Below are positions 40,506 through 57,256 of a stretch of DNA of 64,000 nt, piece by piece. The notes beneath the pieces were generated by a model. That model saw only the letters and a program-made list of their open reading frames with translations, was not told the origin of the DNA and did not search any database. The stretch's first letter is position 1, and each line of letters opens with the position of its first letter. Source of the DNA: Auanema rhodensis (lineage: Eukaryota; Animalia; Nematoda); the NCBI GenBank assembly GCA_964057225.1, contig OZ059899.1, forward strand, positions 14,756,001-14,820,000. Reading direction: 5' to 3'. The position numbers and the translations under genes are program-made.

Positions 40506-42966
40506 ATGGATTTAGGTTTGTTGTTTTTAGTAAATCATAATATTTGTATCCCACTTTTCGTTTTCTCTCAATTCAAATATATAGTTTTATCACTTCACAA
40601 AGAGAAATGATTCAGTTTTTCTTCAAATACAACCAAGATTAATGTTTTACACTCGATTCTCTTTTAACTTTTTTCCGTAATTTCAGTCGATCCTTTGGCT
40701 GAACCATGTGCAGTTTGTGGTGATAAATCTACTGGTACTCATTACGGTGTGATATCTTGTAATGGCTGTAAGGTAAGATTTCTAATACATTTTTGAAATT
40801 TTGAAAAAAGGTTAAAACTTTGTGATGATCAGGGTTGCTTTGTGCTGTTCTCTGTCTCTAAAGCAAATCTTAAATTTTTTACCATCAATATATTTCTTAT
40901 CAAGTCATATGTTACTTTACCTTGTATTATGATTAAGCGTTAATCGATACGGATGTGCTTTCTACCTTATCTTTGATAAGTCGTCTTGTCATTTCTTAAT
41001 AATCTATCACCTTTTCATGAAAAATGATATTCATATATAGTCTTAAAAATTCAATACATAGTGATACACAGCCATATTTTAGGGATTTTTCCGTAGAACA
41101 GTGCTCAGAAACCAGAAGTTCACTTGTCGTTTCAATAAGAAATGTATAATCGACAAGAATTTCCGTTGTGCTTGCCGGTATTGTCGTTATCAGAAATGTG
41201 TCCAAGTGGGAATGAAACGAGAAGGTATGTTCTGACTTATCTATTGGACGTATCATGTAATGAGTTTAACTCTATTTCTTTAACTTTTTTTCTTCTGCTA
41301 TATCAACGGATGGCCATATCTAGTTTATTTCATATTTACAAGATCTGTCGCAAGCTAAAGAACTACAGAACTGTGTGTTTGCCACCGTTCAAAATATTTA
41401 TTTAACTACCTACTATTGACCCTTTATCTTCCTAGTATTCATTCTCATTCATATTTCAGCCATACAGTTCGAACGGGATCCCATTGGCTCGCCATCAAAG
41501 AAGATGAGAGTGAGTCCTCCACCTTCGGCGAATAGTTATCAAATGAGCCCTGGGAGTGACCAACAGAGAAGTGTGATTGATTCTTTAATGGAAATGGAAA
41601 GTCATGTTCATAGAGTAAGACAAAATAAAGTTTAAACAGTAATTCTATATGATATTTTAAAGGAAATGTGCTCAAGATATCAGAATAGTATGTTTCGTTC
41701 ACAACAACAGCAACAACCTGTACCCTCTTCTCTTGATGGACAGGATGGTTCAACTTTTTCCGAGGCAAATAGGCCATGTACTGCCGAGGTAGTGAGACTA
41801 TCTTAGTTCGTTTCTTTTTTCTATTTCAATGCTTCAGGATTTGAACGATATTTCAAGAACAACTTTGCTACTCATGGTTGAATGGGCTAAAGCTCTATCT
41901 CCCTTTCCTGAACTTACAATGGATGATAAAATCATTCTTTTGAAGAATTATGCTCCACAGCACCTTATCCTCATGCCAGCATTCAGGTATTATTTGAATC
42001 GAAGACTTTTACTTTACAATTCCTTGCTGTTCTTCAGAAGTCCTGATACTACTCGTGTTTGTTTATTTAATAACACATACATGAGTCGAGATTCTACTGC
42101 TGAATTGAATGGCTTTGCAGCTTTCAAAACCAGCAATATCACTCCAAGGTTCGTCATTTTCAAAGTAGAAAGTATAGTGGTGTTAATCTAATCGTGCTTT
42201 CAGAGTTTTGGACGAAATCGTTTGGCCAATGCGCCAATTGCAAATGCGTGAACAAGAATTTGTTTGTCTAAAGGTTTGAATTCACTCAAATTATCTTTAA
42301 AAGTTGTTTTCTTTTTAGGCTTTGGCTTTCCTACACCCTGAAGCCAAGGGATTATCCAGTCAAGCCCAAAGTATGATCCGAGAAGCCAGAAATCGAGTAT
42401 TGAAAGCTCTTTATGCCTATATACTAGAACAGATGCCGGATGAAGCACCAACACGGTTTGTTTTTTTTATATATTCGAAATTTTTTATATCAAACATCTC
42501 CTCATCTCATCAGATTATCTGTATTTTAGATATGGTAACATTCTTCTGTTAGCACCTGCATTAAAAGCTTTGACGCAATTGTTGATTGAGAATATGACTC
42601 TCACAAAGTTCTTTGGTTTAGCCGAAGTAAATAATCTATATTCTTTGTACATTATATGATTCTTTGATTTTCATAGGTTGACTCATTGCTCTCTGAGTTT
42701 ATTCTCGATGATATTAACGATCAGAATTCAACTCCAGTTAATCTCCAAGCTCATCTCCAATCTCCTACATCGTTAAATTCCACTAATGGCACTTCAGTCA
42801 GTCAATTTTAGCAATGTTTGATAATGTTTTTTTTTCTCAGATGCTGAATGGACATGCTATTCTTCATCCATCTAAATCACAATCACCTAACGAAGAAGTA
42901 AGTTTAATGAGCAGTATAATCCATTAATTTTCATTCAATTTTCAGAAAAAATCCAATGCATTCTAG
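40506..42966 (+). CDS. nhr-49: Nuclear hormone receptor NHR-49 (HNF4-derived)
   Basis: MDL|[29 protein letters not shown]|[19 protein letters not shown]; [19 protein letters not shown]...[11 protein letters not shown]; last exons less certain. Confidence 0.93.
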
Positions 42967-43519
42967 TTCTGAAGATTTTTTCGGTCTCTTTCATTTTTGT
43001 TTGACATTTTTTTTTGTTATGATATCACCATAATCCCTGTTTTAGTTATGGGGGATGTGATGTGATGTGTACATATCTTTCGAAAAGTACGTGTTCAGTC
43101 TATTCATTCATCCTTATTTGGCATATCTTGCCAATGCTCGTTACATATTATCATTCTACACATATTACCCATCAGCTGGGATTTTTTTTGTGAAAAATTG
43201 GAATCTTTATTGTTTTATCTGAACAAACATGAGATTTTATATATCAATCAGAGTATGATACAGAGTTTCTATTTATTGCAAATCAATGTCTTATTTTTCT
43301 AATGTTAAGTTATATCTTGTTATATGTTATAGATAAAAGAATTTGTTCGGATAACACTTATCATTCAATCAATTTTGATACTGATATAAAGCTTAAACAA
43401 TATTCTTCGGGCATCAATCTGACATGACCATAAAATTCAAAAAAAAAAGACGTTGGTTGGTGGCTTCCTGTCAACATCATGACAACCAAAAGGTTACTAC
43501 CTCTCATGTTTCTTCTCTT

Positions 43520-43524
43520 TCTGC

Positions 43525-43560
<36 letters not shown>
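43520..43560. repeat. TCTGCGTCTC motif fused to a (CT)n microsatellite upstream of nhr-69
   Basis: Read directly from the sequence. Confidence 0.9.
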
Positions 43561-43565
<5 letters not shown>

Positions 43566-44674
43566 TCTATCTTTATACTCTATGAATAGGTCTTTGTCTA
43601 GGGTTACGGAGCAAGTTTGAAGTTGAGGCATTTAACAACTACAAAGAAGGTTAAGCAGCAGAATCTTTTATTGGGTAATGAAAAAAGATAGTTGTAAAAA
43701 TGTTGTTTCATTGTACATTCGGACTACATCCCAATTATTATGTAGTGTGCCTAACCAGACAGCTACTAGCTCACACGTCTTCCATATATGACTCTCTTTC
43801 TCTCGATTGACTTCTATTTTCATGTATTGTGAGAATAGAAGAGAAACAAAGAAACAGAGAAACATAAATTCTACTCAACACACTGAAAAAGAAGAGACGG
43901 CATGTGGTGTGATCAGAAAATGATAACGATGCGACGACACATTGCTTGGCTTCGGGCCCAACAGACAGCATTCTAACATACATTGATCGATCCGTCTTCT
44001 CTACCTAATGTCTGTTCATCCTTCGCCTTTCGTCGTCTTCTGCCTCTTTTACATCTTCTTTTTCTTCTTCATCGTCACCGTCACCAACCTCTTCTACTAT
44101 GCCTGTTTCTCGTTCCATCAAATATTGTCGTCGCCTCCGGGTCTTTTGATCACAATCTTGCTGTTCGTGTCTCCCCAGATGTCTAAAGTATGTGACCTCA
44201 CGTCATGTACAACTGTTAACTCAACTTCGCAACAACACATTTTCTGTGATCGAATGACCTATGTCAGCATTGTGCAGTGATAGGTTCTTCAACTTTCTAA
44301 ATGTCGTCGAAGTTAGGATTTTTCATTTTCGATTCATCAAGCGCGATAGCATCATAATTTCGTTTCGTATAACAATCTTCTTTGTGCACTTTGAATGTTC
44401 GGTTACCTCCCAAACAGCTGTTGTGCTGAGGTTCTGTCACTTATACCCCAGCTTCATATTTGGTTAAACTCTTTTCCGGAACTATGTTCTTTTTTTTTTC
44501 ATTCCAAACTGTTTTCGCTACTCGGATTTCTTCGGTTGCACTATTTGATCCATGATGCTTAGTTGTGTTTTTTTCTGTTTTTTTTGCTGCAGACTTAGGC
44601 TTTTCATGGTTCTCAGGCTTCTTATAATTTCTTGTTTTTTTTTTTCGAACAGTTTCCGTTTTATTTCACAGAAT

Positions 44675-47102
44675 ATGTCCGATGAAATATGTAATATTTG
44701 TAATGATCGAGCAACAGGCAAGCATTATGGAGCTGTATCTTGTGATGGGTGTAAAGGTAATGACATTCCAAGTTTTATAAATATATTGATCATTATCACA
44801 CGAATGTTTTCCAATTCTGGAAATTTCAGGATTTTTTCGAAGAAGTATAAGAAAACGTCATAACTATATTTGTAGATTTAATAGATCTTGTGATGTTACT
44901 CGTAGTAAGTCATTGTTCAATTCATTTGTGTTCTTCTGTCTAATTACATCATTAAAACGTTCTGTTTCAGATCAACGAAATGCCTGTCGGTCGTGTCGTC
45001 TACAGAAATGTTTGAAAGCTGGCATGAAGCAAAATGGTGATTACTAGGCTTGTTATTTCTTTTTCTACCTTTTTGATGTTTGCTTGACCAATGTATTCTC
45101 CTTTTAACAAATTTTTTTCGTTTTACATCTGCATTTTTAGCCATTCAAAGTGAACGCGATACTATTGGAAAACGGAAGAAAGTAGATGAAGTAGAAGAAG
45201 ATGAAGCTTTGTTGGCTGCATTAATTCGTTCAGAAAATCTTTGTCAACAGCTGAGGTCGTCAGTAATCAAAAGTACAGAACAAGTAAGTTATTTAACTGT
45301 TCTCATTGAAAAATAAACTAAGAAAGCATACTGTCGTAATGCTAAATAGTTTGCTTATTATTTTTTATTTATTTCATTTTATTTATTAGCTTATCTTATC
45401 TATAATATATATTATATTAATATTATCTAATATCTAGCTGGTTCTATATCGAGAACGACATGTTATAAACTTAATTCCCGCTCTTAAATAGAATCGTGAA
45501 ATCGAGAAAATACGAGAAATAGTGCGATTATGAGAGAACCAGAGTCACTCAAATAATCAACATATTATATGATTTGTCACTTATTAAGGAGAGAGAGATT
45601 GGTTTGATATGGAATGCCTAACCTCCATTACAGTCAATTTGTTTACATTCCTAACTGCTTGTTTATTTCAGGCATCCTATGATTGCGGTAAAGTTAAAAG
45701 TTGGAAAAACGAAGATGATCGTCGAGCAACGTTAGATGATGTAGGAAAAAGCATACATCAACAACTTGTTTTGTTAGTTGAGTGGGCTAAATCATTACCT
45801 CAATTTGCTCGTTTTCCTGCAGAAGATCAAGTAAGTATTTGTCATAAGGAAAATATTCGATAGCTTCTAATCTTCTCTTAGGCTGCCCTTTTGAAAGCAA
45901 CTGCTGCTCAGATGATTATTCTTGGTGTTGCATATAGATCTCGTGAATTAGACGAAGTAATTTGCCTGGCAAATGAAACATTGATACCAAAAGATCATGC
46001 AGCAAATATAGGTGATATCAAGTAAGAGGCTTTTCATAGTTTACGCAATCAACCGGTTACCGTCAGTTTGATAAACGAAATAACATTGACGTGGTTTTCA
46101 CGCATTTCTTTAATTAATATGCTAATGATAGCGTATCATAAATTTCATTATCATGCTTTAAAAAAACAGGCTCTTATCGGGCTTCTCCCACCCCCTTCCT
46201 ATTTTGTTAATTTGTGTGAATTTTTTAAAAAAAGTTTTTTGCGTAACACGTTCTTTAATGATAGGTATATTACATAATATTTATTGATAACAAAAAAATT
46301 TATTTTTTAACTTTTCAACAAATACTTACCCTGAGTCTCAAAAAAAGAACCCAAAGTCTCCAAAAACTCTAGGCAGTGGATAAGCCCTATGCCTGAGCCT
46401 CGAACAGCATATGATTTCTTCTGATATGTTGGACTTACAATCATTCATAAAGCACGCCAAATTAGAATAAAAGTTGAGGGAAGGCAGAAGACCGATAAGA
46501 GCCAAAAAACAATTTTCCTTCATTGTAACAAAATAGTTACGATTATTCTGACTTTCTGGTTTTTCAATATTTGAAGTACTACCTAGTTACAGCTGTGTGG
46601 TTGGCAGAATAATTGATGAATTAGTTGTTCCTATGAGAAGGCTATCAGTAGATGTATTTGAGTACGTGGCTTTGAAAGCTATCTTATTCTTTAATCCAGG
46701 CAAGTTGTTAGATGAGTATTTGATTTCAACGCATGTATTCTTCAGTCGCTAGAGGAGTTTCACAGCCAGAAGCTGTAGAAAGAGCACGAATTGCTTGTAT
46801 GGATGCACTACAAAAGCGTTGTCAGAAATCAACACATCCTTCTGAATGTCGAAATGGCCGTTTGTTATTACTTTTACCGTCTTTACAAGCAGTTTCTCAA
46901 CAAATGGTTTGCGGATTTGTTAGCTTTTCATTAACAGTAATTAACATTTTAGGTAGAAGATGTTCAACTTGCACGCCTTTTTGGACTAGCCAACGTTGAT
47001 TCATTGATGCAAGAATTAATTCTGCACGATGAACGGTCGGATAACATAGTTCCGTTACAATCACTCTCTTCGCCTCTTGTTATAAAGAATGATCTCCTTT
47101 AA
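44675..47102 (+). CDS. nhr-69: HNF4-like nuclear receptor NHR-69
   Basis: [27 protein letters not shown]|[11 protein letters not shown]; [11 protein letters not shown]; YDCGKVK...[22 protein letters not shown]; GC-AG intron at 46700-46745; stop TAA at 47100-47102. Confidence 0.9.
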
Positions 47103-48239
47103 GCATTACGTTTTCTCTTTGATTTTCTCTGTGCTTTTTAGCAGAGATTCATGCTAGTCAACTTTGCGAACCTCATTAACAAAATTTAATATGCTCAATT
47201 CTTTCAAACAGACTTGTAGTCTTTATTTTTTTTGTCACGTTTTTCAAAAACAATACCAGGAATGGCAATAGAATATTATATTATGTATATATTAATAGTT
47301 GATTGTTAATTTCATTATTTGAATGGTAAACATGGCTTGTGCTCTTACTGTAAAGAAGATTTACAGACATCCGACATATCTTTTCCGTTATATCGATATC
47401 GCTTTTTCTTATTTTCTTATTTTTTTATTTAATTTACACAATTTCGAAAACGTATAACGATAAATTGATTAATAATAAAATGTGTTCCTACTATGAAAAC
47501 GAAAGTAACTAATTTACTTTAACATGTACTTACTATACAGTACATACTTTTTTTCTAATTGATGGACATCAATGAAAATTTGTAAGGTTAGAGATATATG
47601 TGGAAATATTGATAATTTAGAACAGAAAGACACAAACAGTAATTTGTTCAATCAAAATTATTTGAAAAAGAAACAAGTTTCCATGAAATACACCAATTAT
47701 TCTTTGACAATATTTGACTAATAAAGAAAGTAGATCGTTCTTTGAAATATAGGCACTACTTAATTATTTTTAAATGAATAAACTTCCTAATTCAGGAATT
47801 AAACAAATTTCAGAAAGTTCAAATAATTTTTTCATGTCACGTTGCGAATACGCAAAGATCGGTTGTATTTCAAACTTTTTGAAGCATTCGAAATTGTCAA
47901 TATATTAATATAGAATATTGTGATGCTGATATATTTAAAAATAATACATTTTTTAAATGCGAATATGTAAATAAAATAGAAAATATTTTAATTTTAAATA
48001 AAAAACTTAAGAATGCTCGCTGTTTAACTGTCGTAAACGCCTTGTAGCATTTGAATATTCATAATAGAATATGGTGTTATGCTGTAGAATTATATTAGTA
48101 AGAAGTGAAAATGGCACTATATTAATAACAGTAAGATTATAAAGTTGAAACTGAATACTATTCATATTCTATTTCTTGAAGAATTGTCTCGTAAATCATA
48201 TTTCGCATGTTTGTGCAGTTTACAGTTATACATTTTAAG

Positions 48240-49148
48240 ATGTCCAGTGGTTTTGTATCTGCTAATGATATAGATGACGAGAGAACAAAACGGCAAGAAG
48301 AATGGGAACGGGTAAGAAAGCCCGAAGATCCCGTAAGTAAGTGATTCAATAAATTGTAAATCTTAAGTTTCATAATGTTTGTTCTAGCTGCTCCTGAACC
48401 TGAAGTTTGTAACAAAACGCTGTATGAACAATTAAGAGATAATAAAGAAGTTAAAGATGCTGAATTTGCTGAAGCCAAAAAATTCAGTTAGTCAAATCTA
48501 CGTTTTTTATGATTCTTTTATTCTTCACAACAGAAAATATGATTCGTGGTATTGATGAAGATGAAAGTGATTTTTTGTCCAAAGTTGATGTTATGAAGGC
48601 GGAAATGGTGAAACAGAAAAAAAAAGTTTGTCTCTATTTTATTCAAAGTTTTGTACTTATGCTATATAAAGGAAGAGGAAGATCTTCTGAAGCAAATGGC
48701 TCAAGCTAAAAACCAAGTTTTGGATGAAACTACGTCATCCGTCCCCTCTCTTCTTCCGCCTGTGCCAAAGCCAACTTCGTCATCGAAATCGAAGCAAGCT
48801 AGTCTTCTGTCTATGGCTATAAAAAGGAAAAGGTAAAACAAAAGATAAAATGATTTTTTGATTTTGTGTTTCAGTGATAATGGAGAAAGTCCAAAACCAA
48901 CAAAAGTCGCTAAGGAGGAACAGGTAAAGCCTGCTACTAGTGCGATGAATGTCATTGGAGTCATCCCAGGAATAGGATCATATGATGGTTCCAGGTTAGC
49001 CAAGCGCGGTCTCTTTCTCAATGTATCTTCACATTTGAACTTTAGTGATAGTGCTTCAAGCGATTCATCCGATGACGAAGCTATTGCTGTACTTCCATTA
49101 CTGCAAACTAGTCAGCCTGAAAAGAAAGCACCATGCAACAATGAATAA
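48240..49148 (+). CDS. PSME3IP1: FAM192A/PSME3IP1 (NIP30) homologue
   Basis: MSSGFVS...KRQEEWERVRKPEDP...TLYEQL...NMIRGIDEDESDFL; C-terminal GVIPGIGSYDGSSDSASSDSSDDE. Confidence 0.9.
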
Positions 49149-49503
49149 GAAAGATGTGCATCGCATTCTAACTATTTTTAGAGAGTGGATTTCAGATTCC
49201 GATCTCGTTATATAGTTATAAATGTTTTAATTTGTAAAACATATGTCTATTCCGGTAGTAACTTGCTCAGACAAGTTCTAAACCACTCCTTATAAGTCAA
49301 GTTTTCTGAGAGACACTATGACAAATAGGAATACCTATCTGTTTGTTAATGTATTTATATCGGAAATTTCAATAAGTATAATAGAATATATTGTTGTTCC
49401 GTGAATAATTTTTATTATTTCATCAAATTGTATGCGTTTTTTGCGTTTCTACTACCTTTTTTTAAAAACTTTTTTTGTGTTTGAAAAGTATTATGGTTTC
49501 TAG

Positions 49504-53621
<4,118 letters not shown>

Positions 53622-55688
53622 CATGCTGCTAATTCTTTTGATGTATATGTGGTAATCAATAAACGATGGGCTACTTTACAATTTTCATTTTCTGTTTATC
53701 ATGAGTAAGCAGTTTAGGAGAATTTCCTTATTTAAAAGAAATCAATTATAGCTAGAAAGTGATCATCTAAGAACTATTTACTTATTCAAAGTTTAAAACA
53801 AGTTGCTTGAGATTGAAAGCCGTTCTCCCTTCAATACAGCAGTGGATAAAATATCCAATTGATCAATTAGTTGGTTAATGATTGCCAGCACATATTAAGC
53901 AGTTACGAACTGTTGCTCCTTCTCGTTATCAGCGGATATCATAACTATACGACCCCTTTTCGATTGTTGACAATTTGCTTTTGGAGGGCTCTGTCTATTC
54001 GGGAAGCGGTGCTGGTGGTCTTTTCCCGAATTGGTAGAGAAATAACAAAGAAAGAGATAGGAGAATGAAGAAAACGGCTGGAATCAGTCTGGCATAGCAA
54101 GATCTTTCCCATCGGCGCTTTGACGACCAGCTCAATGCGCCACTTGAGCCTATTTCAGAGCTTATCCGCCTGCATAACCCTGCCATTTCAGGACATCTGC
54201 TTTTTTACTCGACCGGTGCTTAAGCGCTTATGAGAGCTTGAACTCATCCAAACTTATATAACGGATGGCTGATTGATTAAGTGGCTATTAATACTAGAAA
54301 TGGTTTACTATCTTTGCAAAAAAGTGAGATCATGGCTTGTTTGGCAATATTGTTGAAATTTAAACACAAACAAAGATATCTGTTCCACCTGCTATACACA
54401 TATTCAACTCAGTGTTAGACCGATAGATATGTATATGATTAGTCGATTCATTAGAGATCTCAGAAACATTGAGAAAAAGCATAAATTTAAAATTTCCTTG
54501 TTCTCAGTCTCCCTCTCTCTCTTACCCTTTCTCTCTCTCGTTTGTTCACTCTCGATTAGTTCTCTCTGTAAAAGGGTTGTGCGTGGGAAGTCGCATCGAA
54601 ACCATAATTATAGCAATGGTATATGGGAGAAGTAGATGTATATACTACCAGTAATTAGGCCATAGAACCTTTCATATGCTTGTGAATCCTTATGATGAAG
54701 TTTGGCTGCTATACGTTGCAAGATGACCGAAAAATAACTTTTGCAAGAAATGGGTGAAGTTACAATGTTTGGTCTTTTGAGCCAGCTGCTTCCGACAAGC
54801 ATATCATGCTTGATAATAAACATTCAAAATCTTAATTTTTTATTGGAAAACAGCTCTTTTCCTGCAGATGTATTATCTTCTTACCTGGTACTATGAAAGG
54901 TTTTAAAGCTTGCTATGCTAGTTGAGCTTCAAGCTGTTCCGCATGTATTTGCTAACTGGCATGATTGAAAGGGTATGGTAGGTAGAGCAAGTGTAAGTTA
55001 TTAGATTCTTTCAGTTAAGGTATATACTAGGTGTTTCTCTCAAAAGGGCAAATATAGCTAGAACTGAGATTCAGCTGGCAATCCTTTCTTCGAGATGCTG
55101 GTTACCAGATTCACCTGCTGAAACAGCTAAGCTGAGATAAACGAAAGAGTTCTTACATTCTTCACTAGATGTTCTTCGTGCATCTGTAAGTAAGTTCAAG
55201 TGTTTGCTTCGTTCTTCTCAAACTGATCTCATCCCTGTACGTTGATATAAGCTCTTACGCAAAAACTTGCCTGTACTTGCTTCAGGTATTCAGATAGAGA
55301 ATGATGTCATGCAGCTGTTGCATTGTGTTTTCTACTAACATGATTCAACTTACCCTTAGAAATCCTTATCAATACATGAATGAGCGGTAAGTTACAAGCA
55401 TTATACAACTTGAAACTTGTAGTTTTAATTCGTTTTTTTTGAACAAGCTTGTTTTTTTCATACTTCTTTGAAGTTGAATGTCAAGAGTAACCATATTGGG
55501 TCATCACCCTGACGCTGTCCGCTGAAAATACCAGCTGCCTGGGTAGTTTTGACAAACTACTCAACGGTTGCCATCTTTGGCTTGCAGAGGTTTTTCTTGT
55601 GCAATTGTCATCTTTCACTACGTATTCCATCAGACAGAATAAAGAGAATAGTTGTTCGAAGATGAAATGGCTTGAGAGGGAGTAAGAA

Positions 55689-55691
<3 letters not shown>

Positions 55692-55754
<63 letters not shown>
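55692..55754. repeat. (GA)n microsatellite
   Basis: Perfect GA run. Confidence 0.97.
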
Positions 55755-55756
<2 letters not shown>

Positions 55757-56086
55757 CGGAAGAACGGAGGGGAGGATAAATGGGAAAAAATGGAGAATGA
55801 AAGATGAAATGAACCATTTTTTTGTGTATTTGTTCAGTTTTTCAGTGTATATCCATAACTCGGATGAACTAATTCACGAGAAGTATAATCAACTTGCAAC
55901 TATTCGAACTTTTCTAAATCGGATATGAGCACGCTTTTCATTTCCGACCACTTTCTCGGCAGATGCCAATGAAAATAATGAAGAAATACGTATTTCTATT
56001 TTATAGATTTCATAGAAAATTGGTTAACAAGATAGTTAACACATATGATGTTTTTCAAAAATCAAACTGTGCTCTTTCATGCATTC

Positions 56087-56348
56087 TCTATAAAGGTATT
56101 GTGGAAGATGAGGTATATGATATCTAAACGGAAATTAGTTTTTCCTATTCCACTTATCAATTGAGCTTATTGTCTATCCATTTTGAGTTCATTTAATCGT
56201 TATCTTTGAAGTATTTCATAAATGGATTTGTACTTTTCAGGGAACACTTTCCAAGAGTGAATGGGAAACTGTATGTATGTATCTTGCATTTGCATTCCGT
56301 AAGAAAGATCCTAACGCACAAACCTCTACCAAGCAACACGAGGATTGA
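56087..56348 (+). repeat. Duplicated RNMT intron/exon fragment; possible alternative terminal exon or pseudo-exon
   Basis: 259-bp identical copy with intact TTTTCAG acceptor (ends 56240) and in-frame TGA at 56346-56348. Confidence 0.9.
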
Positions 56349-57062
56349 GCTTAGACGAAGAATAGAATGCTAACTACTGAGAAAAGGAAATGACGACACA
56401 TCCTATATGATGTGTGATTATCATCCAATTTCAATTCGTTCCTCGCTTTATTGATAATCTCCCTTATCTGTACTCATTGAGGCTCCCCTCCCTCCCTCCC
56501 CGTAGTGAGTTATCTGATTTCTCTTAGTTTTCACTTTGTATTGTATTTTCATAGGAAATCACATGCAGAATACTTGATCAATAAAGTTCCTTGCACTCTT
56601 TTCTATCATATAAAGGACTTATGTAAGGATCGGAAACACAGACACACAAAATTTGCTCAAAGAGCCGTTGGTGTCAGAAGCAGATGTAGCCGTAGCTTAT
56701 GTCACTCCACTACACAAGAAGCTTGTGTTCAAAAATAAGCAAGGAGTATTGTTGGCCAAGTTGTACATATACACAGAGAAATATGAAAGCAAGAGCGGGT
56801 ACAGTCAATCATGCTTTGCTCTAGACTAAATGACTGGAAACAGCAATGGCGAGGTCCCCGTCTGAGCTAACGGGTTGGGGTCCCAGCTGTCTGGTTAGCT
56901 GTGTCGTATGCGGAGCGAGGGGTTTTGGTTGTAGATGAGCAGCACTGGCCGGCAAACGAGGACGAGTCGCTCCGCCCTCTCAATGGAGTCGAAATAGAAA
57001 GGGGAGGAGTAGGAGAGGAAGAAGAGGGGAGGAAGGAAGGAGAAGGTACAGTAGGCGGAGCT

Positions 57063-57097
57063 ACGACGACGACGACGACAACGACGGCGGCGACGAC
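57063..57097. repeat. Imperfect (ACG)n trinucleotide tract in the lin-11 5' region
   Basis: acgacgacgacgacgacaacgacggcggcgacgac. Confidence 0.8.
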
Positions 57098-57256
57098 CAA
57101 CCCCAGTCTCAGCAGCCTCAGTCACAGCAACCTCAGAAAGCTGAAGCAGTTTCGGACGCCCTACTCTCAACCATAGTTAGAAAAATTTTGGATTCGTTAC
57201 ACAGAGACGTTACGAAAATAACGGCTACACTTACAACCTTGACAGCCATTGGCTGT

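Noticed and set aside
55608-55817. ORFs with SLSLSL runs (also 58797-59111 and 61017-61217)
   Set aside because: Translations of GA/CT microsatellites
56867-57176. Overlapping low-complexity ORFs upstream of lin-11
   Set aside because: Produced by purine-rich and (ACG)n tracts in a promoter/5'UTR; no splice or domain support
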